A stretch of DNA of 64,000 bases from positions 47,060,001 through 47,124,000 of the forward strand of contig NC_086108.1 in NCBI RefSeq assembly GCF_963921235.1, written 5' to 3'. The notes below the pieces were generated by a model that ran no database searches, was not told the origin of the DNA, and was given only the letters and a program-made list of their open reading frames with translations. Both the position numbers and the translations under genes were made by a program. Source of the stretch: Mobula hypostoma. Lineage: Eukaryota. Of the stretch, positions 37,152-50,760 are shown piece after piece; position 1 is the stretch's first letter, and the number at the start of each line of letters is the position of its first letter.

Positions 37152-37322
37152 AAGCTTTGCACCGTCCATTTGGATCTGACATTGATTCTCAGGCGTTGAA
37201 TGAAGCAGTGAGGTGGAGTTCAAAGGAAAACCTCCTTGGAGCTGCTGAAAGTGATCCTAATCTATTTGTTGCACTTTATGACTTTGTTGCAAGTGGTGAT
37301 AACACACTAAGCATAACTAAAG
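37152..37322 (+). CDS. ABL2: ABL2 common exon: cap region and start of SH3 (171 nt)
   Basis: Acceptor tctctttacag| and donor AAG|gtaagc. Encodes (E)[56 protein letters not shown](G). EALHRP and WSSKENLLG are ABL2-type rather than ABL1-type (EALQRP, WNSKENLLA). Confidence 0.97.
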
Positions 37323-38211
37323 GTAAGCAGAAATCTTTTTCTATCAACTCCTGCATGATTTGAGGCTAACTTCTGCATCGTGAGGAAGATGCTGTGAAAT
37401 CATCACCCCATTTTAAAACATGCACAAGCACCAACCACTCTTCACTGTCATTGAAGCATCTCATTTTTAATCCCATGGAACTCTCTAAAAAGAGAAATTT
37501 GTCAATAAATCACATATTCCTGTAAGAACTTTTACACAGTAAAAAAAAATTAAACTTTATAGGACAATTATCTGGAAGAAAGTTAACATGCTACAAGCCT
37601 GACAGCAGGTTTGGCCAAAGAGATGCACTTTAAAGTGCGACTTCAAGGAGAGAGTGAAAAAGGAAAGACTTTTTAAAGCCTTGGGCCTTGGTGATTGTCA
37701 ATGATTCAGTGATGACAAGTGGGGAATGTGCATGAAACCAGAATTACATGATCTGAAAGGTTGTAGAGTTGAAAGAGATGACAGAGATCAGGCCACTAAA
37801 AACAATGATATGAAAATGATATTATTTCCTATTATATAACAGAGCAAATACAGTGGATTTTGGTTAATTGGGCCATTTAAAGGGGCAGCCACTTACTTGG
37901 GCCAACTCTTCAGAAAACAAAATCTAATGAAGAAAATAGCTGGGATTCCCTTTCTTTATTTGGGACTCTATGTTGCTTAATTGGAGCAGGGGACTGTAGC
38001 TGAGTAGTTTTTAGCAAGCATCAGTCATGTGCACTTGCATGGCTATTAGACACTACACTGTGATTAGAGCGTACAGTTTTTAAATATCGTCACTTGCATG
38101 TGTTTGTGTTCAGAAAGCACAATCTTTGTCGCTGATAGTTGGTGAGTAATAAGTAGAAAAACAATTCAGAGCTGTTTTGCTCACTGGGTTTTCAAGCATT
38201 CAGGCTTGGAT

Positions 38212-38448
38212 TTGTGTTGGGCACGTGGCCAAGTGGTTAAGGCGTTTATCTAGTGATCTGAAGGTCGCTAGTTTGAGCCTCAGCTGTGGCAGCGTGTTTG
38301 TGTCCTTGAGCAAGGCACTTAACCACACATTGCTCTAGTGTCTGTGCGAGGAGTGGTGCCCCACACAGACTTCCAATCTGCTCCTTGTAAGGCATGAAAA
38401 TGCCCGACGCAGGCCTCTCATGGTCTGAGTTGATGTTCCCTCCCCTCC
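38212..38448 (+). mobile_element. tRNA-derived SINE
   Basis: A box tggccaagtgg, B-box-like gtttgagcc, core tgtgtccttgagcaaggcacttaacc. 11-bp TSD caggcttggat at 38201-38211 and 38449-38459. Confidence 0.88.
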
Positions 38449-39289
38449 CAGGCTTGGATATGCCAGAAACGGCTGTGAGTGAAAATGAAGTGATTTCACT
38501 ATTTCAACAAGTTAGGAGCTAGCAATAATTCGTAAGTATCTACAATCCACTTGAATATTGAAATGAAAATGTAGATTTGGAAGACGCAATCAATGAAAGG
38601 ATTGTATGAATGCAGACCATTATCTATATGAGGTGTCTGCTGATTTTGTTAATTTAAGGTCAATCAAAAGAACATGGCAGCACACTCTGGATTAATCAAA
38701 GTGTTTTTTAAAAAATTATTAATTGAAATTACTTTTAATTTTTTTTCAGGTTTCTTTGTGACTGCCTGTAAGCAAACAAATATCAAGGTTGTAGAATTTA
38801 TGCATTCTTTGATAATAATAAATATATTTTGTACTTTGAAGTATGTTTACTATATATAGCTTCTAGATTCATGTCCTTGCCGGCAGCCACAAAACAAAGA
38901 AACCCCATTGAACCCATTTATAAAGAAAAGCCCATTAAACACCCAATGTGCAGGAAAAACAAATCGTGCAAACAGTAAAAGTAAGCAAGTAACACTCAGA
39001 ACTGCAATTCACAAATGTGAGTTCACAGCCATGAAGCTAGTCATCACAGCAGCTGATCCTGGATATTTGCAGGCCACAGTCTCAGTTCAGCACAGAGATG
39101 AGTAGATCACGCGGAGCAGCAAGCTGAACACCGGCTCATCCCACTCCTCTGGCCTGGCACTTAAAATGGCCAAACAGCGAGTTGATCCTCACTCTCGGAT
39201 CTGGGCTATGCTGCTTCGATATGCTCTTGGGCCTGGGCTCTGCTGCCTCAATTCAACCCATACTCAACCTTTCCAATTTGGCTTAGAGC

Positions 39290-41195
39290 TATAGCTATAG
39301 AAAGCTATAGACAATAAGTGCAGGAGTAGGCCATTCGGCCCTTCGAGCCAGCACCGCCATTCATTGTGATCATGGCTGATCATCCACAATCAGTATCCAG
39401 TTCCTGCCTTATCCCCATAACCTTTGATTCCGCCATCTTTAAGAGCTCTATCCATCTCTTTCTTGAAAGCATCCAGAGACTTGGCCTGCACAGCCTTCTG
39501 GGGCAGAGCATTCCACATATCCACCACTCTCTGGGTGAAAAAGTTTTTCCTCAACTCTGTTCTAAATGGCCTACCCCTAATTCTTAAACTGTGGCCTCTG
39601 GTTCTGGACTCACCCATCAGCGGGAACATGCTTCCTGCCTGCAGCGTGTCTAATCCCTTAATAATCTTATATGTTTCAATAAGATCTCCTCTCAGCCTTC
39701 TAAATTCCAGAGTATACAAGCCCAGTCGCTCCAATCTTACGACATATTACAGTCCCGCCATCTCGGGAATTAACCTTGTGAACCTACGCTGCACTCCCTC
39801 AATAGCAAGAATGTTCTTCCTCAAATTTGGAGACCAAAACTGCACACAGTACTCCAGGTGTGGTCTCACCAGGGCCCTGTACAACTGCAGAAGGACCTCT
39901 TTGCTCTTTTACTCAATTCCCCTTGTTATGAAGGCCAGCATGCCATTAGCTTTCTTCACAGCCTGCTGTACGTGCATGCTTGCTTTCAGTGACTGATGTA
40001 CAAGAACACCTAGATCTCGTTGTGCTTCCCCTTTTCCTAACTTGATTCCATTTAGATAATTATCTGCCTTCCTGTTCTTACCACCAAAGTGGATAATCTC
40101 ACATTTATCCACATTAAACTGCATCTGCCATGCATCTGCCCACTCACCCAGCCTGACCAAGTCACCCTGCATTCTCATAACATCCTCCTCACATTTCACA
40201 CTGCCACCCAGCTTTGTGTCATCGGCAAATTTGCTAATGTTACTTTTAATCCCTTTATCTAAATCATTAACTGGTCACTGCCTGCCATTCCAAAAGGGAG
40301 CCGTTAATCACTACTCTTTGTTTTCTGTCATCTAGCCAATTTTCAATCCATGTCAGTACTCTGCCCCCAATACCATGTGCCCTAATTTTGCCCACTAATC
40401 TCCTATGTGGGACTTTATCAAAGGCTTTCTGAAAGTCCAGGTACGCTACATCCACTGGCTCTCGCTTGTCCATTTTCATAGTTACATCCTCAAAAAATTT
40501 CAGAAGATTAGTCAAGCACGATTTCCCCTTCGTAAATCCATGCTGACTCGGACCGATCCTGTTACTGCTGGACCGATCCTGTTACTGCTATCCAGATGTG
40601 TCGTAATTTCATCTTTTATAATTGACTCCAGCATCTTTCCCATCATTGACATCAGGCTAACCGTCTTTAATTCTCTGTTTTCTCTCTTCCTCCCTTCTTG
40701 AAGAGAGGGACAACATTAGCCACCCTCTAATCCACAGGAACTGATCCTGAATCTATAGAACATTGGAAAATGATTACCAATGCGTCCACGATTTCTAAAG
40801 CCACCTCCTTAGGTACCCTGGGATGCAGACTATCAGGTCCTGGGGACTTATCTTCAGACCCAACAGTCTATCCAACACCATTTCCTGCCTAAAATAAATT
40901 TCCTTCAGTTCATCCATTGCCCTAGGTCCTTTGGCCACTATTACATCTGGGAGATTGTGTCTTCCCTAGTGAAGACGGATCCAAAGTACCCATTCAACTC
41001 GTCTGCCATTTCCTTGTTCCCCATAATAAGTTCACCCGTTTCTGTCTTCAAGGGCCCAATTTTGGTCTTAACTATTTTTTTCCTTTTCACACACCTAAAG
41101 AAGCTTTTACTATTCTCCTTTATATTCTTGGCTAGTTTACCTTCGTACCTCATTTTTTCTCCACATATTGTCTTTTTAGTTACCTTCTATTGCTC
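39290..41195 (-). mobile_element. CR1 LINE, 5'-truncated with internal deletions
   Basis: ORFs 40941-41153, 40267-40515 (LDFQKAFDKVPH), 39909-40199 and 39390-39734 (RRLRGDLIETYK). (ctatag)n tail near 39290. Confidence 0.92.
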
Positions 41196-44080
41196 TTGGC
41201 GCTAAAGCAATCAAGCTTCTGCTTGTTCCTCACACTAGGGCCCACGTCCGCCACCTTGACTCTGCTTCACCTTGGTTCTGTTGCTTTGAATAGCCTCCAA
41301 GTCCGCTGCAACGGCCAAACATTGGCTTGTTCCCCACTCTCAGGCCCCGGTTCCACCGTCTGGATTCGGCCTGTATACGCCAAGCTGCAACCATCCTGCA
41401 CCATCATGATTTTAGTTCAGACTGCAAAACACCAGGTCGTACAGGTGGTTCAAAAACTCAACTCCAAAAAGGAAGTTACAGGATATTGATTGCAGTGATC
41501 ATTTTTGAGAAAGTGTGATGAATAAAGTAATTAGTAGTTATTTTTGCTGCCAGCAAATTTTCGCTGTGCTTCACCAGTACCATCTTAAACCAGAAACTTA
41601 TCGTCTGTTGATAATTATTAGGAACTAATACTGTAGTAGTATTGATAATGTTCTAAATATTCAGTTTTTCATTTAAATAATTTGTTACTCAGTCAAATGG
41701 TAGTTGTCTTTTTTATATATAGCTTTTTAACTATTTCCATGAAACTTCAGCTAATTGGGCAGCCGCTTAATTGGGCCAAAATGTACTGGTTTCGATGTAT
41801 CCCAATTAACTAGAATCCACTGTTTTATGGTTGCTCCATTCGTTATGGCCGTTCCAATCATGGTTAACTCAAATGCTGTGCAAATTAATTTTCAGTTAAT
41901 TTTCAATGATTAACTATAAAATTAACATGTTAATGTATTTGGGAGGACTGGCATGCTAGTATCCTGCTCTTGGTGATGCTCAGGTATATTATAAAAGCTG
42001 CAGTCTTTCAATACTTACAGCAAGATGACCCAAATTTCTTTAGGACTTGTGGGTTGCCATTGGTCACAGTATAAACAATTCATATTTATTTGAGGCAGGA
42101 CAGCAGTTTTAAACTAATTGTATAACAATAAAATAGATTATAGATCAGTGTTCTTAATCATATTTGAGGTTTGGGTGGATTGAGTCATCAATTTCTCACT
42201 GCAAATATGAGTAGAACCACTGAAGTGAATTGCATCTTGAGCTAGTTAACAGAAACCTATATATGCAAACATCTTCATTTAGCAGTGCCTTTCATTTTGG
42301 ATAAAGCAACTGAAGATATGCAGGCCTGGGGCTTGCTAATTAAAATGCAAGCAATTCCCAAGAGAACATACCAGCAGATTTTAGATTTTGCATGAATATT
42401 CAAAAATAAAAGTTGCTGACAAATTTCTGGAAATGAATTTGTCATTACACATAAGATGAGTTGGCTGAAATTCCGCAGCATTTAAATTGGGGAAATGTAT
42501 TTGCAAAGCCTGTGCATGGATACTACAAGCCAGTTTGTTTGAATGGAGATTTTACAGCTGCTGGAAAGAAAGGAATCTGCAATACTATTTCCAATGATGA
42601 GGCTTTTTGTGATATAATAATTTGTTCTTTCATTTTTTAGTTGTTGACTGATTATGAATGCTAGTGTTAACAACTTTGATAGATGGTAAAATTATGGCAT
42701 GGCTTTGCTGCTTGTCAAAGGTTTTCTCAGCACTTTTGAGGGCACTCTCATGCCCCACTTACCCAATGAAGTGAGCCTCCTGCTGCACACAAGAACCACC
42801 ATGAGAATAACAAGCTTAAGAAGCTGTTGTCCAGCATGGGACTAGGTGAGAGTAAGAGTTCAGCATGGACTAGAAGGGCCGAGATGGCCTGTTTCCGTGC
42901 TGTAATTGTTATATATGGTTATATGTTTTCTTTGCAGATATAAGGTATCGGGTAAATTTGGAACCATTGCTTATCTTGGTTCCAAATGTGGATAGCAAGA
43001 CACATACAGCAAAATCAGCAACAAGGTCTATTCAGTGGTGAAAGGAGTTGACTGGTTTAAGTATTTGATGTAGATTTTGGTGATCAGAATTTAAATATAG
43101 CTGAGATTGATAGGATGTAAACTTCATCAGCAGCTGGAAATACCTACTTATTCTAGGATTGAGCATGCCATTTTTTTTCATCTATATTTGTGCCTAATTC
43201 TAGAGCTCTATCACTTGGGATGTGATTTTTGGATAATTTTCTATGGGGGTTTCATTTCATTGTGGAAAGATAACTTTATATTTGAATGTTCTATTTGGTT
43301 AGACTCTACAGATCAAGGAGAATTCCATACCCAGTCAAGTTATAGAAATGGTGCAGTGTGTTTGATAGTCACAATGCTCTAAAAGTAGTGTTGGCCATTT
43401 TAATAGGTATTTCTAGAGGGTAAATAACATCTCCCTGATCCACGTGACCTCAGACCACTTGAGTTTTGCAATTGTTGCTCACAACTTCGACATGAAATTT
43501 AGGATGAATGAAGAGAATGGGATGATTTTCCACCAAAAGTGTATTTTTTTTTATGTGGAGATTAGATTTTGATCTTCAGCATTGCAGAAAATTACTTCCA
43601 ATGGGTAAGCTCTTTATAATGGTCATCTTCTGGAGCTAAGAAACAAGCCCAATGAGGATAGATTTACCAAGGGCAGGAAGTGAAGTCATGTTGTTGAGCG
43701 CCAGGTCAGATGGATGATGGAAGAAGGGAGCACCTAATTAGCTTATTATCATAGCACCTATTTGATCAACCTCTGGACAAAGAGCAATTTTTAAAAGTTT
43801 TCTTCATAAATTGATAGCAGTTATTTCCTTCATTTTTGCCAAGGAAGTGGCAGAACTACTGAAAGGTATGGGATGTTGATATGCAGATTTACATTATGAT
43901 CTGCAAAAGGCTGAATCAATCAGCTGCAATTTTATAATACAGTGATATTAAGACTAAAGACACATGATGGGAATTAAATTTCCTTTTTTTTAAAGACTTC
44001 TTCAGAAGAATGACACAAATGATTGGGAATCCAGGAAGTCACTTGAGTGTTTCATCAGATTTTTGTTACTAATTTAACAG

Positions 44081-44376
44081 GTGAAAAGCTGCGTGTGCTG
44101 TGCTATAACCAGAATGGTGAATGGTGTGAGGTGCGCTCAAAGAATGGCCAAGGATGGGTCCCCAGCAATTATATTACACCTGTAAATAGTCTGGAAAAGC
44201 ATTCCTGGTACCATGGTCCTGTCTCGCGCAGTGCTGCTGAGTACCTGCTAAGCAGCCTTATCAATGGAAGCTTTCTTGTCCGAGAAAGTGAAAGTAGTCC
44301 AGGACAGCTATCTATATCTCTCCGCTATGAGGGTCGAGTTTACCACTACAGAATCAACACCACACATGATGCCAAG
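44081..44376 (+). CDS. ABL2: ABL2 exon: SH3 C-terminal part and SH2 (296 nt)
   Basis: Acceptor tttaacag| and donor AAG|gtcagt. Encodes [98 protein letters not shown], including the FLVRES SH2 motif. Phases are compatible with flanking exons. Confidence 0.98.
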
Positions 44377-44924
44377 GTCAGTAGTTAATCTGAGTGCATA
44401 TTCTTTTGCTTTACTTGCATTCAGCTGCACTATTGTCTGCCTTTCTTCCTATTACCAGAACTTGATTTGTCTCTGAATTTAAATAGTGACTGCTGATTAC
44501 TCCAGTGGGGAAAATAATCATAGCAACCTTAATCCTGTTACCGTGTGTGCAACTTTTGGGTCACTTGACAGAAAAAAATGGTAAAAATGATAAATACTGC
44601 TCTAAAAGCAAGCTCTTAATTCCATCACAGTAGCAGATGATTTTAGGTTTCTGGGATTAAGTGTGGGATTTTGAAGTGTAAATTCTTAATTTACTTTGAA
44701 AGGATATAATTCCTATCCACATCACTGGATGAAGGCATGCTGTCTGCCGTATAGCCCATGGAAGCTTAGAATCACTGGCTGAACAGCTGTGTTTTTATCA
44801 AACAATACTTGTTAATCCTTTGCCTTTTGATAACTTAGTTGATGTGTAAACCTGCATGTTTCAAAATATTTGATCATTACATGATTCAGGCATTTTAGGG
44901 GATATCAGAATTAAAATAGTGGAT

Positions 44925-46660
44925 TACACAGAACACTATAGCATGGGGCAGGCCATTTGCCCCACAATGTTGTGATCTTGAGACAAATTTATTCTAAATT
45001 TCCTCCTCCTTTGTATCATATATATTCTTCCATTCCCTTCATATTTGCTTGCGTTTCAATCTAAAAACCCTTTAAACTCTATCAAACTGCCTGCTTGTGC
45101 TACTACCATTGGGTAGCCCGTTCTAGACATCCGCCACTCTAACATAAAAAATAAAACTTACTGCCTTTAAACTCACCACTCTGACTTCAGAAGCATGTTC
45201 TCAATCTACCCAATCTACGACTCTATCTGGTCTCCCCTTAGCCTCCGATGCGTTGGAGAAAACAACCCAAATTAATCCAATCTCTCCTCTCCTCTAGCTC
45301 ATACCTTGTAATCCAGGTGGCATCCTGATAAACCTCTTCTGCACCCTCCATTATTTCCACATCCTTATATAATGGGGCGACTAGAGCTGCACACAATATG
45401 GCCAAACTGAAGTTTTCTGTAGCTGCAGCATGGTTTTGTTACTCTTACCATTACAGTTTTGGCCCTTATCTAGGAATAGATGTGCTGGCATTGGAGAGGG
45501 TCCAGAGGAGGTTCCAAGAATGACCCCGGGAATGAAAGGGTTAATGTATGAGGAGTGTTTGATGGCTTTGGGCTTGTACTTGCTGGAGTTTAGAACAACG
45601 AGGGGGATCTCATTTGAACCTACCAAATATTGAAAGGCCTAGATAGAGTGGACATGGGGAGGATATTTCCTATAGTGGGGGAATCTAGGACCAGAGGGCA
45701 CAGCCGCAGAATAGAAGGGCATCCTTCTCAAACAGATGAGAAATTTCCTTAGCCAGAGGGTGATGAGTCTGTGGAATTCATTGTCGCATTCAGCTGTGGG
45801 TGCCAAGTCATTGGGTATACAGTTGTGCGCCGCTTAACGTCCATTCGGACAACGTACGATTGCATATACACCCGTAGTCCCGATCGGAGAACGTGACGTA
45901 GCGGATGTAACCAGTCTCGTGTATCGTGCATCTCTTGAGTGCTGTAGCATTATGTGTATAGTGTACAGTATACAGTTTTAGTGTAAGTTCTTGGCTATTT
46001 AGTCAATACAGGTACACTACAGTACCCCATATAGGTTTGCTAAGTATATAATATGGTGTTCGTACAACGTCCAAATCACATAGCGTCCAATTTCACAGAA
46101 CGTATTGTGGATGTTAAGTGATGCATACCTGTATTTAAAGCAGAGATTAATAGGTTGTTAAATAGTAAGAGCATCAAAAGTTACGAGGTGAAGGCAGAAG
46201 ATTGGGGTTGAGAGGGATAATAAATTAGCCATGATGTAATGGTGGAGCAGACTCAATGGGCCAGATGGCCTATTTCTGCTCCTGTGTCTTATGGTCATAT
46301 GCCTTCTTACCAACTTATCCGCTTGATACCACTTTTCAATAAATGCTGGACCTGAACCCCACAGTCTTTCTATACTAATGCTATTAAGGGACTTTTCATT
46401 TGACCTCCTAAAGCGTAATACCGTCCACTTGTCTGGCATCTGCCACTCTTCCTATATCTAACAGATCTACATCCTGCTCTATTCTTTTATAGTTCTTTCC
46501 ACTATTGACAACTCCACCAATCTTGGCACCATCTGCGAACCTTTTAATCCACTTATATACATTTTTATTCAGATTATTCATGTATACTAAAGGTTCCAGC
46601 ACCAATCCTCATGGACCACTACTGGTCACAGATCACCAACCAGAATAATAGCCTTCCACT
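44925..46660. mobile_element. Cluster of CR1 3' fragments (minus 44925-45445, plus about 45460-46300, minus about 46300-46660)
   Basis: YEECLMALGLYLLEFR on plus; PYCVQL and FADGAKIGGVV on minus; CR1 3' UTRs. Confidence 0.7.
45820..46131. mobile_element. Tigger-like MITE (312 bp) inserted in CR1
   Basis: TA|cagttgtgcgccgcttaacgtcc ... ggatgttaagtgatgcatacctg|TA. Host CR1 is continuous (aagtcattgggta / tttaaagcagag). Confidence 0.85.
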
Positions 46661-46664
46661 CCTA

Positions 46665-47031
46665 GCCGATTTCGGTTTTATGTGTTATTTGGTATGATTT
46701 GGTAGGTTATTTTTTGGGTCTGGAAACGCTCAAAAATTTTTCCAATATAAATTAATGGTAATTGCTTCTTTGCTTCACGCCATTTCAGCATGAAAGGTTT
46801 CATAGGAACACTCTACCTTCGCGGGGGAAATATGGGACAAGGGAGGTCCCGTATGGGACAAACCAATTTAGCCCAATATACGGGATGTCCCGGCAAATAT
46901 GGGACAGTTGGCAACCCTATGTTCAAGTTCAACAGTGCGTGACAGGGAATGAGGAAAGATGCAGCTGACTTATATTGTTTCCTCGTGGATCGGTAGCACA
47001 TGCTTTGCGGCCCGGTGATTGGGGACTGCTG
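46665..47031. mobile_element. hAT-derived fragment related to the MITE at 18540
   Basis: About 46925-47031 matches about 18632-18779, ending tggggactgctg. The left terminus is not seen. Confidence 0.65.
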
Positions 47032-49689
47032 CTAAAAGGGGCCAGTCTGATTTTGGCTTCCAAAACCTTACATATGCTTCCTTTCTCTTCTTGACTAAAT
47101 TTTGGGCCTGTCGGGTCATCCAAGGTTGTCTGAATTCTGATCTGGTTTTTTAAACAGCTCTCACATGTCAAGACGTGGACTTGTCCCACAGCAGATGCTC
47201 CCAATCAACATCTTTTGGCTCCTGTCTTATCCTGTTATTCGCAGCTCCTTACTTAACTCCCTATACACATGACTGTGTGGTCAGATTCTGCTGATGATAC
47301 CACCATAGGGGACTCTATTTCATATTATAATGATCAGAAGTACAGAAAGGAGAAAGAGAGCTTAATGGCATGGTGTCATGGCAACAATCTTCCCCTCAAT
47401 GTCAGCAAACAGAGGAAAAAGCAGTTGGCCGTTGACTTCAGGAAGAAGGAATGCATAGGTTTCTGTTTACATCAACAATAGTGATGAGAGGGTTGAGAGT
47501 TTCAAATTCCTAGGAATTTGCCATGATTGAACCATGTAGGTGCTATTGGCCAAGCAAGCTCTTCAACACTTCTATGTCCTTTGGCATGTTCCATTTGTCC
47601 TACACCAATTTTCATCGATGCACCTTAGAAAGCATCCTATCTGGAGAGAGTTGTGGGCACAGCTGAACACATCACAAAAAACAGCCTTCCCTCCATTGAC
47701 TCTGTCTACACTATTACCTACCTTATAATCTACCTGTACTATACTTTCTCTGTATTTTAACACTTTATTCTGCACTCTTTTATTGCTTTACCTCATACCG
47801 CCTCATTGTAATGAATTGATTTATATGGATGGTATGCAAAACAAATTTTTCTTTGTATCTTGGTATGTGTGACAATAATAAACCAATTTACCAGGAGGTG
47901 GTCTGGTATTCCACCCTATATAGACATTATATAGGTTCAGGAAACTTTCCTGAACACACTTGACAAATACCACCCATCCAGTCCCTTAACATTCTGGGTA
48001 ACCAAATTTATACAATAAAAAATTAAATCTCCTTCTAATACTCTATTATGCTTACAATTATGAGCAATTTATCTGCACACCTGTGTCTCAAGTTCCCACT
48101 GACTGTTTGGGGTGGGGAGTCTATAATACAGTCCCATTAGTGACCCTCCCCTTCTTTCTGTTTCCTACCCATTTTGCCTCTCTGAATGATCCCCCAGGAA
48201 TGTTCTGTACTGTTCTATACTTCATGCTCTAATAGTAATGAAGTTAAAGTCCCCACTATGAAAATTCATCTTGTTTCTACACTTTTCCAAAACCAGTCTA
48301 ACTATCTGTTCCTACACCTCTCGGTGGCTACTGGGGAGGGTGGGGTGAGGTGGTGCAGTCCTATACTATAATTCCATCAGTGTAGTGGCATCTTCCTTTA
48401 TTTTGAGCTCCAGTCAAATTACATCAGTGGATGTAATTTAGTGTAATCTCTCTAGGTTCTGAAATGAAGATTTCCTTTATCAGTTGTGCAACTCCTCCGC
48501 CTCTGTTAACCTCCTCTATACATTATATTGTAAAATGTAATTTTATTACATAAGTTCTGAAGGAATGCATTCCAGAGTAGATACAATGAAATGCCTACTC
48601 TTTATTTGTAGCAACAATGGAATTTCAGTGTGGCTGTGTGCAATAAAAAAGTAGTTTTCAGTCTTTGGATAGCGAAACAATTTCACGCCTCAGTGTCTTC
48701 TTAAGTTACCCACGCCCTCAAATGAAAGTGGATCAGGTAAAAGGTATGCAATATTGATGCATTTCATTTCAATGTTACAAAATAAGGCACTCCCCAAGTT
48801 ACACATATACAGTTTCAAAAGGCAAGTAGCTAGTTGCTGTTGGTAGTAGAACTGCATTTTATTAACATGTTCCTTTCCTGAGGTGTCTCCTGATAGATCA
48901 TCTGATTTATACAATAGGAAATCCATTCAATCTGATAAAGAAAGAAGCTACTATTTATGCACACTTATACGTGCCATTACTTCACATTCACAAAAGGTAA
49001 TATTTTCTGGTCCCCACATCTCCCCTTTTGGGAGTGTCAGGGTAGTGGGAAAACAGTCACCCCGACGCTGAGCTATTCCACACACTGTGAACTCTCTTTC
49101 AGGTACTCTGCAACCTATGTTTTTGATATTCATTATTAGTTTGTAATTATTATTTTGTTTATTTCTTTTTGTATTTGCACAAGTTGCATATTGGTTGCTT
49201 GTCCATCTTTGTGTTGGTTTTTCATTGATTCTGTTGTGTTTCTTTGTATTTACTGTGAATGCCTGGAAGAAAATGAGTCTCTGGGTAGTATATGGTGACA
49301 TATATGTACTTTGTACTTTGAACTTTGAAGTTTGAAGTTCGATTCAGATGATCAAAGTAAAAATTGCCCTGTTTGGAAGGTGCAGGAAAATAGTTTATCT
49401 AACTGCCTCTGTTAGCAATCTGTGTTTCTTAGTACACAGGTGACAAGTCTTTCTTTGCTGGAGATGTAACTTATTCTTCAAGTTGGTGAGATCATGCAGT
49501 TTGTTTGCAGCAACCAGGCCACGTAAAGTAGTAGATTGCTGCTTTAGTGATTCAAAGAGACTTGGGTTCTCAGTCATAGAAGTTTCTAACTGCATTTTAT
49601 TTCAGCTGAGCTAATAAGTTGAGTGAAGTGGTTAAGATAAACTGGGGTAATTTGTGAAGTTGGCATCATAGACTGGGATGCATCCCATT

Positions 49690-49891
49690 CACTGTTCCTT
49701 CTAAGTTGTGTGAGTGCGTGTCTGCGCTGCAACTGAAATGTTCCTGCACACATAGTCTTTGTACCATGCAGCTGAAATTTTCTTTACGTTTAAAGTGCTA
49801 CACAGTTTTCAGGCTGTGTTTTTTTTAAACTTGCCTGCTCAGAGCAATGGTTGGTCCATGCAGCTGTAAAAAATATTAAGAGGGAATGTTG
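49690..49891. mobile_element. hAT MITE (Tip100-like termini)
   Basis: Termini cactgttccttctaa and taagagggaatgttg. 8-bp TSD atcccatt / atcccaat (1 mismatch). Confidence 0.7.
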
Positions 49892-50221
49892 ATCCCAATG
49901 ATCTTAGTCATGAGTAACTAACGTACATAATGAGTCATCTGCTTGGTTGTTTCGGAAAGCTTTAAGACTCACAAAAAGTATTATTGTGATGTGTACACTT
50001 GTCCCACCCAGAAACTGTTGCTAGATGAGAAATCATTCTGAAATTCATACGTGCGCTGCTATTGCTAACAATCAAATTCTATGGGAATTTGTGAGCTCCA
50101 TTCTCATTTTTTAAATTCAGTAAATGTTATTTTCCTATTGACTAAAATGCTTGAACTTACTCATAATTGGTGTGAATAAGATGAAATTCAGCTCTATTTT
50201 AGAATTCCAGCACAGGTAATT

Positions 50222-50760
50222 AGATTACGTTAGATTAGATTATGAGGACACACAGTCCTCTTTTATTGTCATTTAGTAATGCGTGCATTAAGAATTGATA
50301 CAATGTTCCTCCAGTATGATATTACAGAAACACAAGACAAACCAAGACTAAAAAAATTGACAAAAGCCACATAATTATAACATATAGTTACAACAGTACA
50401 AAGCAATACCGTAATTTGATAAAGAACAGACCATGGGCATGGTAAAAAAAAAAGTCTCAAAGTCTCTTGAAAGTTCCATCATCTCAAGCAGATGGTAGAA
50501 GGGAGAAACTCTCCCTGCCATGAACCTCCAGCGCCGCAAACTTGCGGATGCAGCACCCTGGAAGCACCCGACCACAGCTGACTCTTGAGTTCATCCGAAA
50601 ATTTCGAGCCTCCGACCAGCCCTCCGACACCGAGCACCATCTCTGCCAAGCGCTTCGACCCCGGCCCCAGCAATAGGCAATAGGCAATAGGCAAAGCCGA
50701 GGATTTGGGGCCTTCCTCTCCGAAGATTCTCGATCACACAATAGCAGCGACAGCGAAGTA
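50222..50760 (-). mobile_element. Non-autonomous LINE-tailed retroelement, same family as 1-345
   Basis: Minus-strand 3' end gacaataaaag...(taatc)n. Shared body with about 1-190. Confidence 0.65.

Larger units (their letters stand above)
37851..41822 (+). mobile_element. Tigger/pogo-like non-autonomous element expanded by nested insertions
   Basis: TA then cagtggattttggttaattggg at the left end, and cccaattaactagaatccactg at the right end (22-bp TIR; right TA decayed). Contains a SINE, a CR1 and LINE-tail inserts. Confidence 0.75.

Noticed and set aside
38212..38300. tRNA gene
   Set aside because: A and B boxes are followed by a SINE core and flanked by a TSD, and there is no proper acceptor stem.
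40550..40589. 20-bp tandem duplication ggaccgatcctgttactgct
   Set aside because: Ordinary post-insertion duplication in a dead CR1.
39290..46300. Inverted CR1 pair flanking the SH3-SH2 exon as a circRNA driver
   Set aside because: The copies are visibly quite diverged from each other and one is interrupted by a MITE. Such pairs are expected by chance at this TE density.
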